The notes under the pieces: generated by a model
Databases searched by the model: none
What the model saw: only the letters and a program-made list of their open reading frames with translations
Told to the model about the DNA's origin: nothing
Assembly: GCA_937966215.1 (NCBI GenBank)
Contig: CALCKK010000039.1
Span: forward strand, 4,452 to 68,451
DNA from: an uncultured Collinsella sp.
GTDB lineage: Bacteria > Actinomycetota > Coriobacteriia > Coriobacteriales > Coriobacteriaceae
Direction: 5' to 3'
Length of the DNA stretch: 64,000 nt
Translations under genes and position numbers: made by a program
Part shown: one piece after another, positions 57,912 to 64,000 of the stretch
How positions within the stretch are numbered: the stretch's first letter is position 1
Layout: every line of letters starts with the position of its first letter

Positions 57912-59459
57912 CTAATTTAAATATTCGGGTTTAATGAACTTGATTCCCCTCTTTTTAATGGCCCTCCACTCATCAGACGGTAACCACTCTTTTGATCGAA
58001 TATGATAGAGAAAAAGCCACATCTCTTCAAATTCACGCCCTTCTATTGGGAATTCCTTAGCATGCTTTGTAAGACGATCAAGCAAATATCCATCGCCAAA
58101 ATGCTTGGCGTAAAGATAGACGAATAAGTATAAAAGACAGTCATTAGCCCTTTTGATATCTTCAAAATCGGGCATATCAACCTTAAAATCGAACTTAATT
58201 GCGTAGTAAAGGCCGTAGCAAACCGAAAGGTGATCACCGTGATTAAGACAATCAGAGATAATAACCTTTGAGAGACACTCAATATAATCTTTGTCCATAC
58301 TCAAAGGCTCAATTATTGCTTTCTCGAATGACGGCAGCAAATAAGGAAATACGATTGCAAGGTGCATAGCATAGTCCCGAAAATAGGCTTTTGCCGAAGG
58401 CTTTAGTGAGCGCGATGCGAGCATTTTGAACGCGTATAGCAGTATTGAGGCATTATTCTGGTAAGAAGGAAGAAGACTGGTCGCGTATTCCAAAAAAGAT
58501 GACACATCTTTGTAATCAAGCGGGTCCGATTTATTAGGTTCATTGCGCCTTAATGAATTTACCCAGCCATTAGAAAGCGCTATGGGTAATTCTAGTATTT
58601 CAGTTTTCTTCTGATTCAGTGTTAGACGAAACTTGGACAGCTCTTCCTGCAACGAGATGATGAACTGCTCGGCCTCGTATCGCGATGCGACATAACAATT
58701 GTAGTCATCGATATTTCGAATAAATCTATAGCCTTTGTTAAATAAACTAGCATCGATAACTGTGAGAATTAATTCTGAGACAACATTGGAAGCGTGTGGA
58801 CCGATAAGTAATCCGTGGGTTTCGCCGTCGCACGCCTTTTGAAGTAGTCCGTCAATTTCGTTCGCCCAACCGCCCCGACGGGAACTTCTATTTTGCTTTG
58901 CGTTATCCCTTCCCATAATCGCCCAAGGCAAAGAATGCGTGTATATACTCGGAAAACAAGTGGAGATGTCGCATTTCACGAGGTATTTTTTACCAATAAG
59001 AATAGTTGGTTCAGGGTTAGGATCAGTCATCCAGTTTGAATAGTTCATTTGGAATATTGCTTGCGAATCGGGAATCACACGAGGATGAATCCTGCTAACT
59101 GCATAAGGCTGCGGTAATGTGTATTTTTGAACGTGACGGACTATATCGCCCCAATTGTCGGCTAAACCGCGGACGAGTCGCTCGTAGGTGAAGGGGGTTG
59201 GTATGCCGAATTTTCGATATTGTCCATTGCACCGAATGTAATTAAATCTAATCCACTCTGAGCGTGAATCGTTGCTTGCCATTTTGCGATTATTGCAATA
59301 CGTAACAAATTGTTCTGCCGAAAAAATCGGCGGTAGTTTGTCGGCAAACCATCCGGCAAGCATTAGTCCGTTATAAACAGCATCTTCGGATAACTCTTGC
59401 CAATATGCCCAGTAAGGCTTGGAAGGAGCAAAGAGCTTGTCACATAATTGAGATTCCAT
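57912..59459 (-). CDS. Reverse transcriptase of the UG/Abi (defence-associated) type, helical C-terminal half
   Basis: The RT palm motifs occur in order: LVKCDISTCFPSIYTHSLPWA (A), GLLIGPHASNVVSELIL (B), FIRNIDDYNCYV (C, with DD) and LTLNQKKTEIL (D/E). The C-terminal 200 aa or so are helical and contain an R-x4-H match (FRDYAMH). There is no maturase or endonuclease domain. Confidence 0.8.
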   Translation of the reverse strand: MESQLCDKLFAPSKPYWAYWQELSEDAVYNGLMLAGWFADKLPPIFSAEQFVTYCNNRKMASNDSRSEWIRFNYIRCNGQYRKFGIPTPFTYERLVRGLADNWGDIVRHVQKYTLPQPYAVSRIHPRVIPDSQAIFQMNYSNWMTDPNPEPTILIGKKYLVKCDISTCFPSIYTHSLPWAIMGRDNAKQNRSSRRGGWANEIDGLLQKACDGETHGLLIGPHASNVVSELILTVIDASLFNKGYRFIRNIDDYNCYVASRYEAEQFIISLQEELSKFRLTLNQKKTEILELPIALSNGWVNSLRRNEPNKSDPLDYKDVSSFLEYATSLLPSYQNNASILLYAFKMLASRSLKPSAKAYFRDYAMHLAIVFPYLLPSFEKAIIEPLSMDKDYIECLSKVIISDCLNHGDHLSVCYGLYYAIKFDFKVDMPDFEDIKRANDCLLYLFVYLYAKHFGDGYLLDRLTKHAKEFPIEGREFEEMWLFLYHIRSKEWLPSDEWRAIKKRGIKFIKPEYLN

Positions 59460-59979
59460 TGCCGACCTTAAGATAGGCTACTTAATGAACAATAGTTTAA
59501 TCAAATAGCTGCATAGATATTTATGAAATACTTCAATTTAGAAGTGTGAATCACATTGAAATTGCTGTAATTAATTTAAAGGATTTCTATGTGCCTGCAG
59601 TCAACCTATTAATACCGATCCGATTGCTTATACTAAATGCTGGCTCGGGTCTACGTAACTAATACGAGCCAGTTATATTGCTCCTATTATATTGAGGTCC
59701 GAGAGAAGCGGGGCCATCGCACTCCCCAGATGTCGCCAAACAAGTCCTTCGCGTACGCCCTGTCTCTGCTACGAGCTTGTCCGTTTAAGTAGGCTTTATC
59801 GTGCTCCCGTGACGCATATCCTTAATGTAATTACTTCTATCCTAAAAGTCCTCCAACGGCAGGCGAAGGCCATCATATGAGCCACTAGAAACGGCCAAAC
59901 TGCGTCACGAGATAGCTTGCTTGGACAATCGGTAGATACGGAGTGTTGCCACTAATCGACATGTAATCTATCCATTCTC

Positions 59980-60639
59980 TCAGCGCCATATAGGACCTGC
60001 TAGTTGCATTTGGCGCTGAATTGCACCTCTCTTGTTTAGCTGGCATAGAGTTTTGTATGATGCGGCAAGAGTGTTTTCTCTTTCAAAGAGATCTTGCCGT
60101 TGATCGGGCTCATCTAACCTTTCAGAAGCCTGTTCAAGCGTCCATTGATATTCCCTTGCATTCTTGAGCATCTTATTAAATAGAATCTGATACTGATACA
60201 TTGAAAACAAAAGGGATTGATAATCTTCTATGAATTCGGCAATTGCCTTTCCACTCTTTCCCTTGAAGCAAAATCTCGCCTCCATGGCGAGCGATCTCAT
60301 TTCATCAAGCTTTAAATGCAATTTAAGTTGAAGGTCGGCATCTAACACCTTATTAATTGAGGCTGAGATTGATTGCAGGTACGTGGTGTTAGTCAGCCAT
60401 ACAAATAGTAGGTCGATTGCCATTTGCGGTTCGTCGTCATGTTCCAAGTTCTTCGCGTTTTTTGCGTAAACGCTCATGAGATTATCGACGGTTATCCATA
60501 TATTTAAACGTCGATTGAATAGAGACTGTTTATTGCTGAGACGAGCCTGGTAACAAGAAATGAGCAACGCGATGATTGCCACAATCGCTGAGATGTACTC
60601 AGGTAAATTTGTTAGGTTCATTGTCTCCTCCGCAGCCAA
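59980..60639 (-). CDS. Single-pass membrane protein with helical cytoplasmic domain, unknown function
   Basis: TM helix YISAIVAIIALLISCY near the N-terminus, with the remaining 180 aa predicted helical. It lies in AT-rich DNA between the SMODS operon and the RT module. Confidence 0.5.
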   Translation of the reverse strand: MAAEETMNLTNLPEYISAIVAIIALLISCYQARLSNKQSLFNRRLNIWITVDNLMSVYAKNAKNLEHDDEPQMAIDLLFVWLTNTTYLQSISASINKVLDADLQLKLHLKLDEMRSLAMEARFCFKGKSGKAIAEFIEDYQSLLFSMYQYQILFNKMLKNAREYQWTLEQASERLDEPDQRQDLFERENTLAASYKTLCQLNKRGAIQRQMQLAGPIWR

Positions 60640-60814
60640 AAATCAATTGGCAATACTACAATTATCGATCTGCATTCAGGATTCTCTGACAATAGGAATT
60701 ACGTTACTGAGGTCATTGATCGTAGTAGAATATCCGATTGATTTGAAAGTCGTTCCACATCGTAGCTTATGCTGTTAGTTGATTGGTTATATGGGCTGTT
60801 TAGGGGATAATTCC

Positions 60815-61366
60815 CTAATTGATATCCTTTCCTTTAAACGACGTGGATAGCATCATCAGAAGAACGTCGTTGACCATTCGTCCCCTGAAGTTGCAAAGCG
60901 CGGTAAATGAAATCATACTAAGCAGTTTCATGCCCTGCTCATCGATCCTTCCTTTTTCAGGAGGGCAGTAGACGATTAATCCGCACTGGGGCTTTTTACC
61001 TCGGACAACAGCATTGAATTCTTCGTTGCTTAGATATTCATGAACAATAATCATTAAAAGCGCTGATTGAGCTTCATCAAGGTGTTTGTTGGTGACATGC
61101 TGAATATTTCTTGTTTTAATAAGGCCGGAATTGACCAAATCTTTTCGAATGTCATTAAAATCATCAAGTCCTGCGATAATAGCGATTTTCTTTGCGAATA
61201 ACGCTAGCCCGAATCTGATCAGGGCTTGAGTAATGCCAGCAAAAGATCCCGCGGCAACTACCAACAGTGCGATGAACCCAAATACTGAGCAGATAGCAGT
61301 TATGCAGTCACGGGCGCTATAAAAGATTTGTAGGAGCTGTAGTATTATTTCCAACAATTTATCCAT
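60815..61366 (-). CDS. 2TM protein with small alpha/beta C-terminal domain (candidate effector of the SMODS enzyme)
   Basis: Two hydrophobic helices (ITAICSVFGFIALLVVAAGSFAGI and LIRFGLALFAKKIAIIAGL) precede a domain of about 110 aa with alternating strand/helix character. The start lies 10 nt after the SMODS gene stop. Confidence 0.55.
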   Translation of the reverse strand: MDKLLEIILQLLQIFYSARDCITAICSVFGFIALLVVAAGSFAGITQALIRFGLALFAKKIAIIAGLDDFNDIRKDLVNSGLIKTRNIQHVTNKHLDEAQSALLMIIVHEYLSNEEFNAVVRGKKPQCGLIVYCPPEKGRIDEQGMKLLSMISFTALCNFRGRMVNDVLLMMLSTSFKGKDIN

Positions 61367-61375
61367 ATCAATTAT

Positions 61376-62698
61376 CTACTCCACATTAATGAAAAACGGA
61401 CGGGTCCATCGTACGCAATAGCCTTTACGCACAACAAAGCACTGCACGATATGTTTTCCGGTATAGGCTGTTTCTTCTCGTCTTGAAGTTTTCCCTTCGT
61501 TGGGAGCTTCAAAGCCCCCACGCTGACAGCATCGCATAGCCTCTTCACCGGTATTGGTGATCTGCCATCTTACACGCCCGTCTTTAATTGGGCTGTATGT
61601 GACTTTATATATCACTGAGGACCCTTTCGGAACCGCCGGCCCATCATTTGGAAGATTGATTTGTTTGCCCGAAGGAAGAGTGGCAGTTGCAGTGATGGTT
61701 GCATTTGGTTTTTGAGATTGCAAGGGATACTTCAGCTTTTGTCTATGGGTAACGGACAACGCGCGTTCCTGTGCAATTCGCCTCGTTCCAGCTGCGTAAG
61801 ATCTCGATTCATTCCCTGCTGGGAAATTAATGCCAAGAATGGTTCTCCAAATATCGTTGCCAGTGCCTTTTTCTGCAAGAAGATCAAGTTGTTCGATCAG
61901 TCTATTTGAAAACTCAAGGAAGTCGTTGTGTTTGTACTTTTCCGCTAGGTTATTTTCGCAAAATGCGGGATCTTCGATAAATGGAGTGTTGCCAGAACTT
62001 AAATCTTCTGAGTACGCTTCTGACAAATTGGCCATTGTTTGCATTACACGCTCTTCAATCGTGAGGTGCGGTTCTGGTAAATTATCAGCAATCATTTTCT
62101 CAAGAGTAATTCCCTTTGGATATTTGACATTCGATGGACAGTTTTCTCTTCGCCACCATTTAAAAATTTTCACCAAAGGCTTATATGCATTTTCATACCC
62201 TTGATTAACTTCTGTTGTCCAAGAAATATGTTTCTTCGGATCAGTTCGCTTCCAAGTGCCTTCCTTAGATGATCCAATATTAAGAAAACCGTTTTCATCT
62301 CTGACCAAGGGCACAACATCAAGATGGAAACTTGCCATATCTATACCGACAGAATGATTTTGAATAGTCGTTTTTTGGTAACAGCTGCGTAGTTTGAGGG
62401 CCTTTTCAAGCTCATTCAATACAAAAGTCGGAGAATCGTTTGTTGAACGACTAGTTTCGATGACAACGTCAATATCGCAGCAATCCGAATTCTTTTTTGG
62501 ACGAATGAACGTTTGCTTAGCGTAAGATCCTGACAAATAGCTGTGAACATAAATATGTTTATAGCTCTCACAAGTTTTCAAGTGATTCCTAAGATTCTGG
62601 TGAAGTCTGCTTGCTTCATCGATAGTAGATTTACTTGGGTTGATATCTTTTAGAAAAGACTCGAAGTCGGTACTGTTTGCCACAATTCTCCAATTCAA
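61376..62698 (-). CDS. SMODS-family nucleotidyltransferase fused to an AGS-C sensor domain
   Basis: Pol-beta NTase signature LSGSYAKQTFIRPKKNSDCCDIDVVI (GS ... DxD) plus a third acidic residue in HLDVVPL. The C-terminus VRWQITNTGEEAMRCCQRGGFEAP...ETAYTGKHIVQCFVVRKGYCV resembles the AGS-C pattern (assigned from memory). Confidence 0.75.
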   Translation of the reverse strand: MNWRIVANSTDFESFLKDINPSKSTIDEASRLHQNLRNHLKTCESYKHIYVHSYLSGSYAKQTFIRPKKNSDCCDIDVVIETSRSTNDSPTFVLNELEKALKLRSCYQKTTIQNHSVGIDMASFHLDVVPLVRDENGFLNIGSSKEGTWKRTDPKKHISWTTEVNQGYENAYKPLVKIFKWWRRENCPSNVKYPKGITLEKMIADNLPEPHLTIEERVMQTMANLSEAYSEDLSSGNTPFIEDPAFCENNLAEKYKHNDFLEFSNRLIEQLDLLAEKGTGNDIWRTILGINFPAGNESRSYAAGTRRIAQERALSVTHRQKLKYPLQSQKPNATITATATLPSGKQINLPNDGPAVPKGSSVIYKVTYSPIKDGRVRWQITNTGEEAMRCCQRGGFEAPNEGKTSRREETAYTGKHIVQCFVVRKGYCVRWTRPFFINVE

Positions 62699-62819
62699 AC
62701 GTATGTTCTATTATAAGTAATAATATTCGAGTAGATTAATTTATGTGACATCAATTTAAATACTGATTCGAATCTTAGATTGATAGTTTCTGCCAGGGTG
62801 TTTTTGGTTTTCCATTTAT

Positions 62820-62865
62820 GAAATCGACCCCTGAGGATCTGTTTTACTCCTCAAGGGTCGATTTC
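62820..62865. other. Long hairpin in AT-rich spacer at the island edge
   Basis: gaaatcgacccctgagga-(10 nt)-tcctcaagggtcgatttc is an 18-bp stem with one mismatch. Confidence 0.6.
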
Positions 62866-63310
62866 AATTTATATATCAGTTTAGAAAACAGTTGATGATT
62901 CAGAGACCGGAAGGCCCCCGAAGATCGTGTCGAAAATGTGAGCCTGATTCTAAATCAAATTATGTAGTCATCATGACCCTAGCATAGAGTCTTTTATTTG
63001 GTTTGCTTAACCAAGTACCAAATAGCGAAGACACATTCAAGTGCTTACGGAGGGTTACGTTGGTTCAAAAGTTGGCTTAGTCAATTTTTGAACCAACGTA
63101 AGTCAAAACTCATGGAGAGAGTTTACGTGGAAGTAGCTAAATTTCGGCTTCCGTTATTCGCAAGTTGCTGCTTGCGTTGTAGTTAAATCAATGAAAGATA
63201 AGCATGCAATTGAGATGCTGACCGCTATCATCCAGACGAATGATAGTTACCACTCCCCCATGCTTCAGATTACGGCATGAATAATGCGCCGAGTGTATAT
63301 CTAAGCGCGG

Positions 63311-64000
63311 CTATCTCGCTACGCCTTCACCACAGGTGTCGCTCCCGAGCTTGATAGGCGACAGTTCGATGTGGTCTTTACTTGCGTCGAATTGACCCAG
63401 CAGGCCAGCTATGGCGGCGGATACACTATCATCGATGTAAAGACCGCATTTGCCTCCACGCTCAGCTGCTCGCGCGAACTCGACGAGCTCGTTTCGAATT
63501 CCCTCGCCGTCAAGCTGGAAGAAATACCGCTTGTTTTGAGAAGGATCCTCTTTGCGTACCTCGAAGTAGTCTGTTTTCCACCAGGGAGCGGGTACGTAAA
63601 TGTAGCCATCCGTGCCGGAAACCACAAGCGACCCCTCAGATTTAGCCGCCTTGCCGAAAACCGCCTCGCCGTAGCCATCCTCGAATGCCAGTCGGATCTC
63701 ACCAAACGCGTCAAAGCCAGCGTAACCTTCAAGGTCGGCCCTTACAAAATCGGCTGATTGATAATTAGTTCCGAGTAGCTGCAAGATGGGCAGCAACGCT
63801 GCTGGACCCCAGGCTTTGGAGCTCGACCACTTGCCCTCAACGCTCGAGATGTCCTCACTGCCAAGATCAACAAGGCTGGTGCATACAGCGCGCACCGACA
63901 GAACTCGTCCAATGTGACCACTCTTGGCGAGCAGAAGCAGTCGATGGTAGGCCGTTGAATACGCCGTCTTGATCGCGTCGGCCAAAACGAGGCCCTTTGA
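63311..64000 (-). CDS. Gfo/Idh/MocA-family oxidoreductase, C-terminal part (5' end outside window)
   Basis: The frame stays open to the window edge upstream of the tracked TTG. AYSTAYHRLLLLAKSGHIGRVLSVRAV is typical of the junction into the Gfo/Idh/MocA C-terminal domain. Confidence 0.6.
   Translation of the reverse strand, partial: SKGLVLADAIKTAYSTAYHRLLLLAKSGHIGRVLSVRAVCTSLVDLGSEDISSVEGKWSSSKAWGPAALLPILQLLGTNYQSADFVRADLEGYAGFDAFGEIRLAFEDGYGEAVFGKAAKSEGSLVVSGTDGYIYVPAPWWKTDYFEVRKEDPSQNKRYFFQLDGEGIRNELVEFARAAERGGKCGLYIDDSVSAAIAGLLGQFDASKDHIELSPIKLGSDTCGEGVAR

Noticed and set aside
57912-59459. The RT as a group II intron maturase or a retron RT.
   Set aside because: There is no maturase X or HNH domain. 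I could find no intron domain V/VI-like structures flanking the ORF. The protein is much longer than retron RTs and has a helical C-terminal half. Its motif context (SIYTHS, NIDD) fits Abi/UG-type RTs better. A retron-like ncRNA cannot be formally excluded without folding and covariation analysis.

Overview
The window looks like a high-GC Gram-positive chromosome. Gene content and synteny suggest a Coriobacteriia-like actinobacterium: recA-recX, lexA divergent from a LysM gene plus nrdR, an FHA-MerR pair, and RNase Y with SpoVS. This taxonomic call is an inference. From about 1 to 48.3 kb the content is densely packed housekeeping genes: ftsK 3' end, rodZ-like, yajQ, rimO, pgsA, cinA, recA, recX, rny, spoVS, miaB, miaA, hflX, lexA, nrdR, dut, trxB, degV, apt, coaBC, rpe, gpsA, plsY, der, ispH, plsC, cmk, rluB, scpAB and an ABC-F ATPase. 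This block is interrupted at about 25.5-30.5 kb by a markedly more GC-rich module next to tRNA-Pro. The module encodes a LanFEG-like ABC transporter, a small secreted protein and a two-component system, and its ATPase frame is broken at a G7 run. From about 48.3 kb the window becomes a tRNA-rich accessory mosaic: tRNA-Ala, tRNA-Met, a second tRNA-Ala inside a 232-bp duplication, and tRNA-Val. This mosaic contains a DUF559-like protein, a DUF3825-like protein, a Dcd/dUTPase-fold protein fused to transmembrane helices, an LPXTG surface protein, and a clearly AT-richer island at about 56-63 kb. All island genes lie on the minus strand and look like defence genes. One set is a UG/Abi-type reverse transcriptase followed by a protein with a PD-(D/E)xK (Mrr-like) N-terminus, preceded by a 520-bp untranslated region. 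The other set is a SMODS nucleotidyltransferase with an AGS-C sensor domain followed by 2TM and 1TM proteins. These island modules and the Dcd-TM fusion are the best candidates for an undescribed system. No CRISPR array, rRNA, integrase or transposase was seen.
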